Made by a program: the position numbers and the translations under genes
DNA from: Bacteroidales bacterium
GTDB taxonomy: Bacteria > Bacteroidota > Bacteroidia > Bacteroidales > G3-4614
Length of the DNA stretch: 64,000 bases
Direction: 5' to 3'
NCBI GenBank assembly: GCA_017521245.1
Contig: JAFXDI010000001.1
Span: 35,178 to 99,177, forward strand
Part shown: positions 27,104-36,672 of the stretch, piece by piece
Position numbering within the stretch: position 1 is the first letter of the stretch
Layout of the letters: each line of letters begins with the position of its first letter
The notes under the pieces: generated by a model
Told to the model about the DNA's origin: nothing
What the model saw: only the letters and a program-made list of their open reading frames with translations
Databases searched by the model: none

Positions 27104-29482
27104 ATGGGAATTATTAAAAATAGAAAAATAGAAAATAAGGTAATAGGAGCATTGTGGATATTATTTGTAGTAGCAATACTTGCTGTTACACTAATCTTTG
27201 TGCTTATATCTAACGGAAAAATTGGATATATGCCCCCTATTGAGGAGTTGGAAAATCCAAAAGATAAATTTGCAACTGAGATATACTCTGCCGATTTGAA
27301 AGTGATAGGAAACTATCATCAAAGTCAAGGAAACAGAGTATATGTTGAGTATCAAGATATATCTCCCAATCTAATAAATGCTTTAATAGCAACTGAGGAT
27401 ATACGTTTTTATAACCATTCAGGAATTGACCTTCGTGCATTGGCGAGAGCAGTTGTAAAAGGAGTTCTTGGAGTTGGAACAGCAGGCGGAGGAAGTACTA
27501 TAACACAACAGTTGGCAAAGCAACTATATTCGCCCAGTGCCGACAATAAATTAGAACGTCTTTTTCAAAAACCGATAGAGTGGGTAATTGCCCTAAAATT
27601 GGAGCGATTCTATACCAAGAAAGAGATTATAAAAATGTACTTTAACAAATTCGATTTCTTGTATAATGCCGTAGGAATACAATCGGCCGCATCAGTATAT
27701 TTCAGCACTACACCCAATAATTTAAAAATTGAGGAGGCGGCAATGCTTGTGGGAATGTTAAAGAATCCAGCACTATACAACCCAGTTCGCCGAAAGGAGA
27801 AGACAGAGGGACGTAGAAATGTAGTACTCTCACAAATGTGTAAAGCAGGATATATAACCGAAGCAGAGTGCGACTCATTAAGTAAAATACCCCTGACATT
27901 AAAGTTCCGAAAAGTAGATCACAAAGAGGGAACAGCGCCATACTTTAGAGAGAAGCTGCGTTTAATGTTAACAGCCAAAGAACCTAAACGCTCAAATTAC
28001 AGAGGATGGCAACGCCAACAATATGTTGATGACTCAATAGCGTGGGCAACAAATCCACTATATGGATGGTGTGAAAAAAACAGAAAGCCCGATGGCTCTA
28101 AGTATGATATATATACCGATGGATTAAAGATTTATACTACTCTCGATTCTCGAATGCAGGCGTATGCCGAAGAGGCAGTAAAAGAGCATATTGGAGGCTA
28201 TTTGCAACGAGAGTTTTTTAAAGAGTTACGAGGTAAGAAGAATGCACCCTTCTCTGAAGATGTAACCCTTGAGGAGGTAGAGTCTATATTAGAGCGTAGC
28301 AAAAAGCAAAGCGACCGTTACCTTACAATGAAAAGAGCGGGTAAATCAGACAAAGAGATAGACGCCGCATTTAAGACACCTTGCGATATGCAAGTATATA
28401 CATTGCATGGAGTTGTTGATACAACAATGACGCCAATGGACTCAATTCGTTACTATAAATCATTCCTACACACAGGATTTATGGTATTAAACTCTAAGAA
28501 CGGACACGTAAAAGCATACGTTGGAGGAGTGGATTTCCGATATTTCCAATACGATATGGCATCGGTAGGTCGCCGTCAAGTAGGCTCAACCGTAAAACCC
28601 TTCCTGTACACTTTGGCAATGGAGGAAGGCTTCACACCATGTGACCTTGCACCAAACGTACAACCCTATATAGTAGATAAATATACAGGTGATGTATGGG
28701 CACCACGCAACGCATCCGACAAGAGAGTGGGCGAAGATGTTACACTCCGATGGGGACTGACAACCTCAAACAACTGGATATCAGCATGGCTAATGAATCA
28801 GCTTTCTCCACAGGCGTTGGCAACACTTATGCACTCATTCGGAATACGTAACTACATTGATCCCGTTGTGGCACTATGTTTAGGACCAGCCGAAGTGTCA
28901 GTTGAGGAGATGGTTACAGCATATACAGCATTCTCAAATGCAGGAATTCGTGTCGACCCCATGTATGTAACACGAATTGAAGATAATTTTGGGAATGTAA
29001 TATCAACCTTTACTCCAAATATGACAGAGGTAGTAAGTCAACAAGCCTACTACAAAATGTTATCAATATTAAAAGACGTAGTAAACGAGGGAACAGGTGT
29101 TAGAATGAGATATAAGTACGGAATAACCGCACCTATGGGAGGTAAAACAGGAACCACAAACAATAATTCCGATGGTTGGTTTATGGCATTCACTCCTGAA
29201 CTTTCAGCAGGAGTATGGGTAGGAGGAGAGGATCGCTCAATACACTTTGACCGTATGTCGGTTGGACAAGGAGCATCAATGGCACTTCCAATATACGGAC
29301 TATTTATGCAAAAGGTATATGCCGATCAAACACTTGGATATTCGCAAGATTTAGATTTTGAAGTTCCAGAAGAGTATCAGGATGTATGTGGAGAAGGAGA
29401 TTTGGAAGAATCTTCAATAACAGCAACAATTACAGAGGAGACCAAAGTTGAGGAGGAGATAATGGAGGGAATGTTTGATTAA
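27104..29482 (+). CDS. penicillin-binding protein 1A (bifunctional glycosyltransferase/transpeptidase)
   Basis: GT51 motifs EDIRFYNHSGID, GGSTITQQLAK and RKE. Transpeptidase motifs STVKP, SNN and KTGTT. Length 792 aa. Confidence 0.9.
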   Translation: MGIIKNRKIENKVIGALWILFVVAILAVTLIFVLISNGKIGYMPPIEELENPKDKFATEIYSADLKVIGNYHQSQGNRVYVEYQDISPNLINALIATEDIRFYNHSGIDLRALARAVVKGVLGVGTAGGGSTITQQLAKQLYSPSADNKLERLFQKPIEWVIALKLERFYTKKEIIKMYFNKFDFLYNAVGIQSAASVYFSTTPNNLKIEEAAMLVGMLKNPALYNPVRRKEKTEGRRNVVLSQMCKAGYITEAECDSLSKIPLTLKFRKVDHKEGTAPYFREKLRLMLTAKEPKRSNYRGWQRQQYVDDSIAWATNPLYGWCEKNRKPDGSKYDIYTDGLKIYTTLDSRMQAYAEEAVKEHIGGYLQREFFKELRGKKNAPFSEDVTLEEVESILERSKKQSDRYLTMKRAGKSDKEIDAAFKTPCDMQVYTLHGVVDTTMTPMDSIRYYKSFLHTGFMVLNSKNGHVKAYVGGVDFRYFQYDMASVGRRQVGSTVKPFLYTLAMEEGFTPCDLAPNVQPYIVDKYTGDVWAPRNASDKRVGEDVTLRWGLTTSNNWISAWLMNQLSPQALATLMHSFGIRNYIDPVVALCLGPAEVSVEEMVTAYTAFSNAGIRVDPMYVTRIEDNFGNVISTFTPNMTEVVSQQAYYKMLSILKDVVNEGTGVRMRYKYGITAPMGGKTGTTNNNSDGWFMAFTPELSAGVWVGGEDRSIHFDRMSVGQGASMALPIYGLFMQKVYADQTLGYSQDLDFEVPEEYQDVCGEGDLEESSITATITEETKVEEEIMEGMFD

Positions 29483-29541
29483 GAATAGACTGCACAACTC
29501 ACCTTAGGTTAAATATCAAAAATCAAGATAAAAATTATAGC

Positions 29542-29581
29542 GAAGGAGTTTCTTAATATTTGGGAAACCCCTTCTTTTTTT
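29542..29581 (+). terminator. rho-independent terminator after the PBP1A gene
   Basis: GAAGGAGTTTC...GAAACCCCTTC (one mismatch) followed by T7. Confidence 0.65.
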
Positions 29582-29598
29582 GTAACTTCGCAAAACCT

Positions 29599-30297
29599 AT
29601 GATAAAGAGATATAAATATATAATAATTGCAGTTTCGGTGCTCTTTCTTGTTGTTGTGGTAGCAATGACCATAAATAAGTATATGCCCAAAGAAGAGGTC
29701 ATAATAAAACCCACTGAAACATACTATATAACCGTAGAAAAGGATATAAAGACCAACTTTAAAGGATCGTACCGCAGAACATTTAACGATAAGAACGATC
29801 TCCATCTTGATGCTGCAAAATCGTATGGAATAGTATCTCAACCGGTAGATATAGAAAAATCGTTAGAGGATGGAGCATTAGAAGAGGTAGTAACATGCGA
29901 TTATTACGAAGTTGATAAACTCACACACTCGCACCCCTATTTAGTGCCCCATGCAAAAGCACGATTAGATGAGTTGGGCGAAGCATTTAACCAAGCATTA
30001 GCGGAGCGAGGAGGAGGAAGTTACCGATTTATAATAACCAGTGTGCTTCGTAAAGAGACAGATATAAAACGATTACGAAGATGGAATGTAAATTCCACCG
30101 AAAACTCGGCACATCTATTCGGGACAACCGTAGATATAACATACCGCAGATTCAGCAAATACACCCCACAGTTTATAATATCTGACCTTGATTTAAAACT
30201 ACTACTTGCCGAGACACTCCAAAAATTTAGAGAAGAAGGCAAATGCTATGTAAAATACGAAGTAAAACAGGGGTGCTTTCATATAACATTCCGATAA
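29599..30297 (+). CDS. membrane-anchored LAS/M15-like (VanY-type) putative peptidoglycan peptidase
   Basis: I take the start at MIKRYKYIIIAVSVLFLVVVVAM (TM anchor). SAHLFGTTVD fits the S-x-H-x6-D zinc-ligand motif of M15 peptidases, and a later His lies in GCFHITF. Adjacent to PBP1A. Confidence 0.5.
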   Translation: MIKRYKYIIIAVSVLFLVVVVAMTINKYMPKEEVIIKPTETYYITVEKDIKTNFKGSYRRTFNDKNDLHLDAAKSYGIVSQPVDIEKSLEDGALEEVVTCDYYEVDKLTHSHPYLVPHAKARLDELGEAFNQALAERGGGSYRFIITSVLRKETDIKRLRRWNVNSTENSAHLFGTTVDITYRRFSKYTPQFIISDLDLKLLLAETLQKFREEGKCYVKYEVKQGCFHITFR

Positions 30298-30313
30298 AAC
30301 TATTTAAAAATAT

Positions 30314-31336
30314 ATGAACTATATAAGAAACTTTAAAGGATGGGTAGCATCAATAGTGGTATTAGTAGTCTTCTTGCTTATACGGCTATTTTCAAACGAT
30401 ACCAAAGAGGTCGCATACAATGAGTGTGTAGGAGAAAAATTCTCAACCTTTTATAGCGTAGCATATAAATCAAGTGAGAATATTGATACATTAATAGTTA
30501 AACTCTTGAACGAGTGCGACCTTTCTCTATCTCCCTTTAATAAAGAATCGCTCCTTGCTGCAATAAATAATAACGACACAACCGTAAGAGTTGATAAAAT
30601 GTTGAGCAATGTAATAACCCTGTCTCAACAAGTTTACGGAGCAACATCAGGAGCATTTGATCCTACCATTTCACCTCTTATAAATGCGTGGGGATTTGGG
30701 TTTAAAACAGAAACAATCCCAACCGATACACAAGTGGCAGAGTTAAAAGAGTTGGTAGGAATGAACAAAATAGCACTAACCACTGATGGACAAGTAGTAA
30801 AATCAAACCCTAAAATAACCCTAAACTTTTCTGCAATAGCAAAAGGCTATATAGTTGATAAAGTTGCACAACTCTTAGAGGATAACGGAGTAACCGACTA
30901 TTTAGTAAACATAGGGGGCGAAATATCGTGCAAAGGAGTAAACTCGCGAGGTGAGAGTTGGAGAGTAGGCATAGATAAACCCGAAGAGAGTAATCTTGGA
31001 GGAGATATCCTCTCCATACTACAACTATCCGATAAAGCATTGGCAACATCGGGTAATTACCGAAAATTCAAAGTAGAAGATAACCAAAAAGTGTGGCATA
31101 TAATTGATCCTCGCACAGGTTACCCAACCGAGTTGCGAGTATTAAGTGCAACCGTAATAGCCAACGATTGTGCAACAGCCGATGCATATGCAACAGCTCT
31201 TATGGTACTTGGCGTAGAGGAGGGAATGAGAGTAGTAGAGTCAGACACAACATTAGAGGCAATGATGATATGCCCGGGTGACACAACGCACTATAAAGTA
31301 TATTACAGTAAAGGATTTGAAAAATATATAAAGTAA
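30314..31336 (+). CDS. apbE: FAD:protein FMN transferase
   Basis: GAFDPTISPLINAWGFG, IAKGY.VDK, ATSGNYR and DAYATAL are ApbE family blocks. Confidence 0.85.
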   Translation: MNYIRNFKGWVASIVVLVVFLLIRLFSNDTKEVAYNECVGEKFSTFYSVAYKSSENIDTLIVKLLNECDLSLSPFNKESLLAAINNNDTTVRVDKMLSNVITLSQQVYGATSGAFDPTISPLINAWGFGFKTETIPTDTQVAELKELVGMNKIALTTDGQVVKSNPKITLNFSAIAKGYIVDKVAQLLEDNGVTDYLVNIGGEISCKGVNSRGESWRVGIDKPEESNLGGDILSILQLSDKALATSGNYRKFKVEDNQKVWHIIDPRTGYPTELRVLSATVIANDCATADAYATALMVLGVEEGMRVVESDTTLEAMMICPGDTTHYKVYYSKGFEKYIK

Positions 31337-32553
31337 TGGAGCAAGAGTATAAAAAAATATCGATGGAATCGTACGACTATCCGCTACCCGATGAGAGAAT
31401 AGCAAAATTTCCATTACCCCAACGCGACACTTCAAAACTACTATTATATAAAGAAGGAGCAATATCGGAAGACAAGTTTAACACCCTCCCTTCGCATCTG
31501 CCAGAGAACTCTCTTTTGATATTTAATAATACCAGAGTAATACAGGCACGACTACACTTTCAAAAAGAGAGTGGAGCCTCAATAGAGATATTCTGTTTAG
31601 AGCCACACACCCCAGCCGATTATGCACTATCGTTTCAATCAACAACCGAATGTATATGGGAGTGTTTGGTTGGAAACTCAAAAAAATGGAAAGAGGGAAA
31701 ATTAACACGCACTATCACACTTGACGGAGAAACCGTAAATTTCTCAGCCGAACGGATAGGAGCAGGCTCTCCCCAACCCATACGTTTTTCGTGGGATAAC
31801 CCCTCATTTACTTTTGCTCGATTATTAGATGAGGTAGGCGAATTGCCTATACCTCCGTATCTTAATCGCGAAGCAGAGGAGAGCGACAAAACCACCTATC
31901 AAACCGTATATTCAAAAATTGAAGGGTCTGTTGCAGCGCCCACAGCAGGATTGCACTTTACCCCACAGGTGTTTGATGCATTGCGAGAGAGTGGAGCAGA
32001 AACCGCCGAAGTAACCTTGCACGTAGGAGTAGGAACATTCCGCCCTGTAAAGAGCGACACCATAGGAGGTCACGATATGCATACCGAATTAATATCAGTG
32101 CCCCTCGAAGTAATCGAAAAAATAGCAACAACAAATCGCACCGTAATAGCCGTAGGAACAACATCAGTACGCACCTTAGAGTCGCTATACCATATAGGAG
32201 TAGCATTGGGCAGAGAACCACAAAACCCCGAGTCATTAAAGGTGTCACAGTGGCAACCCTATGACTGCCCCTCTGAAATATCACGCTCTGAAGCATTCCG
32301 TAATATCGTAAACTATCTAAAGAAAAATGGCTTGTCGCAACTTGTAACCTCAACACAAATAATAATAGTGCCAAGTTATAAATTCAGAGTAGTTGACGGA
32401 ATAATCACAAATTTTCACCAACCCAAAAGCACCCTGCTATTATTGGTATCGGCCTATATAGGCGGAGAGCGTTGGCGAGAAATTTACGATTACGCCCTTG
32501 CAAACAACTTCCGTTTCTTAAGCTACGGCGACTCATCATTGTTGTTAAGGTAA
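31336..32553 (+). CDS. queA: S-adenosylmethionine:tRNA ribosyltransferase-isomerase
   Basis: YDYPLPDERIAKFP, NNTRVIQARL, PIPPYL, YQTVY..EGSVAAPTAGLHF, VGTFRPV, AVGTTSVRTLES and NFHQPKSTLLLLVSA. The ATG overlaps the apbE stop (TAATG). Confidence 0.87.
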   Translation: MEQEYKKISMESYDYPLPDERIAKFPLPQRDTSKLLLYKEGAISEDKFNTLPSHLPENSLLIFNNTRVIQARLHFQKESGASIEIFCLEPHTPADYALSFQSTTECIWECLVGNSKKWKEGKLTRTITLDGETVNFSAERIGAGSPQPIRFSWDNPSFTFARLLDEVGELPIPPYLNREAEESDKTTYQTVYSKIEGSVAAPTAGLHFTPQVFDALRESGAETAEVTLHVGVGTFRPVKSDTIGGHDMHTELISVPLEVIEKIATTNRTVIAVGTTSVRTLESLYHIGVALGREPQNPESLKVSQWQPYDCPSEISRSEAFRNIVNYLKKNGLSQLVTSTQIIIVPSYKFRVVDGIITNFHQPKSTLLLLVSAYIGGERWREIYDYALANNFRFLSYGDSSLLLR

Positions 32554-32575
32554 TATTATCCCCGTTATTAACAAA

Positions 32576-32611
32576 TTAGACTAATTAGTCCAATATGACC
32601 AATTAGTCTAA
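32576..32611. terminator. AT-rich palindromic hairpin between convergent queA and the esterase gene (GACCAATTAGTCT family)
   Basis: TTAGACTAATTAGTC-caatat-GACCAATTAGTCTAA, 15-bp arms with one mismatch. Shares the 13-mer GACCAATTAGTCT with 49647-49659. Confidence 0.6.
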
Positions 32612-32651
32612 TATTTTATTGATAGTAATTAGTTGAGGATAAAAGTTTGAC

Positions 32652-34718
32652 TTAATACTTAAACGTACTTGCGGGAAGTCCGTCACCATTAACAAGGTTT
32701 GCGTTGGTGTATGGTTGCCATCCGTAGCGGATATATTTAGGCTCTTTAACCTCTACACACCACACTTTAAGTTCACCTTTGTTGTTCTCAACAATAGCAG
32801 GGTAGAATATCTTATCCTCTCCAGCAATTTCAAAACCTAATATGGTATCGCCACTTTCTGCTCTTAAATCCTTGCCATACTCAAATGTTGGGTATGCAGC
32901 ACCCTTTTTAAAGTCAACTTTCTTAATCATAGGACCGCAAGGAGTCAACTTCTTCATATTATATGTTTTATTAAGAGCCAAACGGGCAAGTCTTGCACCA
33001 ATCTCCTTCTTTTGTTTAGGATGAACATCAAGAGAATCTCCTTTATCCGATGAAACCACCATCCCTACATTAGGGATAGTCTCGCTCAATATACGTTGAC
33101 TATTGCGGAAACTACACCACGATGGGCGGTTTAGGCTTGATAGTTGCACAAAGTAGAATGGCATTTCGGGGTTGTTCTGCTGTTTACGCCAACTCTCAAC
33201 AACCATAGGGAATAGTTTTTCATGTAACTCAATATTATGAGCATTACTCTCGCCCTGATACCAAAGCATACCTTTTACGGTGAAATCGTTAATCCATAGT
33301 TCATTTACAGCATATAGGTACGATGGCTCGTATGGGTGGCGTTGTCTCTTAATCTCGTAAAGTTTACAGTTGAGTTCTGCTCTCTCTCTAACCCAATCCT
33401 GAATGTAATCACTCTTGGTCCAGTGATAGAATATATCGGGAATCTCCATTTCAAGAATATCTCTGCTTATCCACGCCTCAGCACCTGAGCCTCCTATAGC
33501 ATTGCATATCACACCAACAGGAACATTCAATGAATCTGACACTGCTTTGGCAAAATGGTAACCAACTGCCGAGAATGATCTCACACTCTCTTCGTTACAC
33601 TCTTGCCACTTAGTAGGTTTGTAGTAGTCCAATCGGTTAAGCGAATCAAGGAAAGTCATACTCCAAGTAGAAGTATCAGTTAAGTATGTAGGTTGCATAT
33701 TAAAGAGACGGATATTAAAGTTGTCGGCAGTAGCAATATCCTCTTCTGCAGTTGCACTCTCACCAACAGTAAATGCCATATTCGATTGTCCTGAACACAA
33801 CCACACCTCTCCGGCAGCAATATTTGAGAAAGTTAAACTCTTCTCTTTGGTAGCAACTGAAAGAACATATCCTGTATCTGCTTTTAATGGTTTTATTGTA
33901 ACACTCCATTTACCATTTTTACCACAATTGGTTTTGTATTTTTTACCTGCTATTGTAACAGTTATATTATCCCCAGCATTTGCAATACCCTTAATCTCAA
34001 GAGGAGTGTTACGTTGCAATACCATATTGTCTGAGTACATAGGAGACATTTTTAATCCTCCATAATTACCAGTAATAGCCGAATATACAGTTCTTGCAAT
34101 AATCTTGGCTCCATCAATGTTTGGATGTAGAGCATCGGGTAACATATTTGGAATGTTGTAAAGAGGAGTTTGAAGGTCAATTACCCCCACCTCTTTAATC
34201 TTGGCAATATCCTCTATTCGTTTTTGAATCTCTCTGTACCAATCGCGAGTGCCCGATTTAAATCTCTTATGTTCGTGAGTTATTGGCGACATCTTACAAA
34301 TCCAAACCTCACATTTAGGATTAGCACTCTTTATAGAGTCAATTAAAGCGTAATAATCTTTTTCAAAATCATCACTATAATTAGGCCAATTGCGAGGGTC
34401 TGTATCGTTTAATCCTAAGTGAATAACGGCAATATCAGCCTTAAATGCCATAGCCTCTTTAAATTCATCTTGTGCCATATATGGACAGTGGCCTCTATTT
34501 AATAGTGTAGCACCACTCTTACCAAAGTTGCCAACCATAAAGTTATCTCCCAGTAGATTTTGCAATCGAGTAGGATAGGAGTTATCCTCTCTGTATGGGA
34601 GGAGGTATCCGTATGTAACACTATTACCAATACAGGCAACTTTAATTCTGTCGGCATATACCGAAAAAGATATTACAAGCGATAATGCCAAAACTGATAA
34701 TCTCTTTAAAACTTTCAT
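32652..34718 (-). CDS. two-domain sialate O-acetylesterase (N-terminal SGNH/GDSL hydrolase plus C-terminal SASA/DUF303-type esterase)
   Basis: Signal peptide. SGNH block I VACIGNSVTYG. Later blocks GLND and DALHPN. Second domain with VWLCSGQSNM (GQSNM nucleophile motif of the sialate 9-O-acetylesterase family) and WYQGESN. Confidence 0.8.
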   Translation of the reverse strand: MKVLKRLSVLALSLVISFSVYADRIKVACIGNSVTYGYLLPYREDNSYPTRLQNLLGDNFMVGNFGKSGATLLNRGHCPYMAQDEFKEAMAFKADIAVIHLGLNDTDPRNWPNYSDDFEKDYYALIDSIKSANPKCEVWICKMSPITHEHKRFKSGTRDWYREIQKRIEDIAKIKEVGVIDLQTPLYNIPNMLPDALHPNIDGAKIIARTVYSAITGNYGGLKMSPMYSDNMVLQRNTPLEIKGIANAGDNITVTIAGKKYKTNCGKNGKWSVTIKPLKADTGYVLSVATKEKSLTFSNIAAGEVWLCSGQSNMAFTVGESATAEEDIATADNFNIRLFNMQPTYLTDTSTWSMTFLDSLNRLDYYKPTKWQECNEESVRSFSAVGYHFAKAVSDSLNVPVGVICNAIGGSGAEAWISRDILEMEIPDIFYHWTKSDYIQDWVRERAELNCKLYEIKRQRHPYEPSYLYAVNELWINDFTVKGMLWYQGESNAHNIELHEKLFPMVVESWRKQQNNPEMPFYFVQLSSLNRPSWCSFRNSQRILSETIPNVGMVVSSDKGDSLDVHPKQKKEIGARLARLALNKTYNMKKLTPCGPMIKKVDFKKGAAYPTFEYGKDLRAESGDTILGFEIAGEDKIFYPAIVENNKGELKVWCVEVKEPKYIRYGWQPYTNANLVNGDGLPASTFKY

Positions 34719-34757
34719 ATTGCGATGATTTTAATTGACTTTTTAAATAACAAACAC

Positions 34758-35249
34758 TTAATTTATAATCATATAAGAACCAGTAGTTGTAATATATTTA
34801 ATATTGTATTTGCGAAGTGAATATCCGTTTATAGCCGAAGGACCTTCGATAGGAGCTCCGCTACCATAGAAAACATCATAAACTGAACCACACTCTCTAC
34901 AATAAGCGTTGAGAGATTCATTAATGGCAATTCTAATGTTGGGATTGTGTTCAAAAGGACAACTCAAATCAAACGCAAATAGTTCGTTATCAAAACCACA
35001 AACCTGAAGTACGCCACCATAGCCAGTTGTGGCAGAAATGGTGTATGGAAAACCGTATGGGATGTTTGGCTTTAAGAAAGAAATATATGTAGCGGGAACA
35101 TTAGCCCACCACTCTGGGTTTTGTTGTTGAGCAAGAGTAACCTCTATTCTAACACTTGTAAGTGGTATCCTCTCATCGTTAATACTTGAACACCCCCAAC
35201 AAATCATTAGAATTATAAAAAGAATCGTTATAACCTTTTTTCTCAACAT
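34758..35249 (-). CDS. small lipoprotein with degenerate Rieske-like motif pair; function unknown
   Basis: Lipobox ILMICWGCSS. CPFEHN ... CRECGSVYD resembles Rieske boxes (C-x-H / C-P-C-H-G-S-x-Y-D), but the second His position is replaced. Confidence 0.5.
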   Translation of the reverse strand: MLRKKVITILFIILMICWGCSSINDERIPLTSVRIEVTLAQQQNPEWWANVPATYISFLKPNIPYGFPYTISATTGYGGVLQVCGFDNELFAFDLSCPFEHNPNIRIAINESLNAYCRECGSVYDVFYGSGAPIEGPSAINGYSLRKYNIKYITTTGSYMIIN

Positions 35250-35261
35250 ACTTTAATCCCC

Positions 35262-35313
35262 GCAACTAACAACTACCCGTAGGGCGGCGTAGCCGACAAC
35301 TAACAACAAACAA
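35262..35313. repeat. 3'-flank element, copy c (CTAACAACTA words flanking a GGC..TAGCC mini-palindrome)
   Basis: gCAACTAACAACTAcccgtagggCGGCgtaGCCGACAACTAACAACaaacaa. It abuts the argH TAG (35314-35316) and ends 13 nt before the next gene's ATG. Confidence 0.7.
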
Positions 35314-36651
35314 CTATTTTAGCAACTCCTCTTGAGCCTTTTCGTATTTGTCAAAAGCAAAACCTTTGATGATGCTCTCCTCTAACTCAACAATTTTGTC
35401 GTTGCATAAGTTGCCTATACTGCCTTCGTGGGTGTGGCAAATATTTTTATTTGGGGTAAAGCACCCTTGTTCAATCTCAATACCCACCTGCTTGTAGGCA
35501 TCGCGGAAAGGAGTTCCCTCTTTTGCTCTGCGGTTTACCTCTTCCACACTGAAAGCATATTTATAACGGTCATCCTCAATAATATCCTCTTTAATCTCAA
35601 TTAATCTAACCATTTCAGTTGTCATAATCAAGCAATCTTTAAGTTCAGCAAAAGCAGGAAGGAACGACTCCTTAATAAGTTGCATATCGCGGAAGTAGCC
35701 CGAAGGCAGGTTATTTGCAATCAGAGTAATCTGATAAGGCAATGCTTGAAGTTTGTTGCATTTGGCACGAGTCAACTCAAACACATCAGGATTCTTTTTG
35801 TGAGGCATAATGCTCGAGCCTGTTGTGTATTCATCAGGAAGACGAATAAAACCAAAGTTTTGAGAGTTGAACATACACGCATCAAAAGCAAGTTTTGAGA
35901 TAGTTGCGGCAATAGAAGCCATAGCAGTAGCAACAATACGTTCTGTTTTACCTCTACTCATTTGAGCATAAACCACGTTGTAGTTCATTGAGTCAAACCC
36001 TAAAAGGTTTGTAGTCATAGTTCTGTTCAGTGGGAACGAAGAGCCATAACCAGCGGCTGAACCAAGAGGGTTACGGTTAACAACCTTATATGCTGCTTGT
36101 AGCACGTTAAGGTCATCAACAATACTCTCTGCGTATGCACCAAACCACAAACCAAACGAAGATGGCATAGCAACTTGCAAGTGAGTATATCCGGGCATAA
36201 GCACCTCTTTGTAGTTCTCACTTTGAGCAATAAGAGTCTTAAAAAGTTTGTCGCAAAGAGAGACAATCTCTTTAATTTCGCTACGCATAAAGAGTTTAAG
36301 GTCAACCAAAACTTGGTCGTTACGCGAACGTCCACTATGAATCTTCTTGCCAATATCTCCAAGTTTGCGAGTTAACAAGAGTTCAACTTGCGAGTGAACA
36401 TCCTCAATACCCTCTTCAATTACAAATGAGCCATCTTGAGTAGTTTTGTATATGTTTTTTAACTCAGTAGTTAAAGTTTTAAGTTCGCTCTCAGTAAGTA
36501 GACCAATAGACTCCAACATAGTTATGTGTGCAATAGAGCCAAGTACATCAAATGGAGCAAGAAACAGGTCTAACTCTCTATCCAGACCAACAGTGTAACG
36601 CTCAATCTCTGAGTTAACAATAGTGGTTTTCTGCCAAAGTTTCTCTGCCAT
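35314..36651 (-). CDS. argH: argininosuccinate lyase
   Basis: HSGRSRNDQV, GYTHLQ.A and the fumarate-lyase signature GSSIMPHKKNPD. Length 445 aa. Confidence 0.92.
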   Translation of the reverse strand: MAEKLWQKTTIVNSEIERYTVGLDRELDLFLAPFDVLGSIAHITMLESIGLLTESELKTLTTELKNIYKTTQDGSFVIEEGIEDVHSQVELLLTRKLGDIGKKIHSGRSRNDQVLVDLKLFMRSEIKEIVSLCDKLFKTLIAQSENYKEVLMPGYTHLQVAMPSSFGLWFGAYAESIVDDLNVLQAAYKVVNRNPLGSAAGYGSSFPLNRTMTTNLLGFDSMNYNVVYAQMSRGKTERIVATAMASIAATISKLAFDACMFNSQNFGFIRLPDEYTTGSSIMPHKKNPDVFELTRAKCNKLQALPYQITLIANNLPSGYFRDMQLIKESFLPAFAELKDCLIMTTEMVRLIEIKEDIIEDDRYKYAFSVEEVNRRAKEGTPFRDAYKQVGIEIEQGCFTPNKNICHTHEGSIGNLCNDKIVELEESIIKGFAFDKYEKAQEELLK

Positions 36652-36672
36652 ATCTTTTTTTTGTGAATATGA

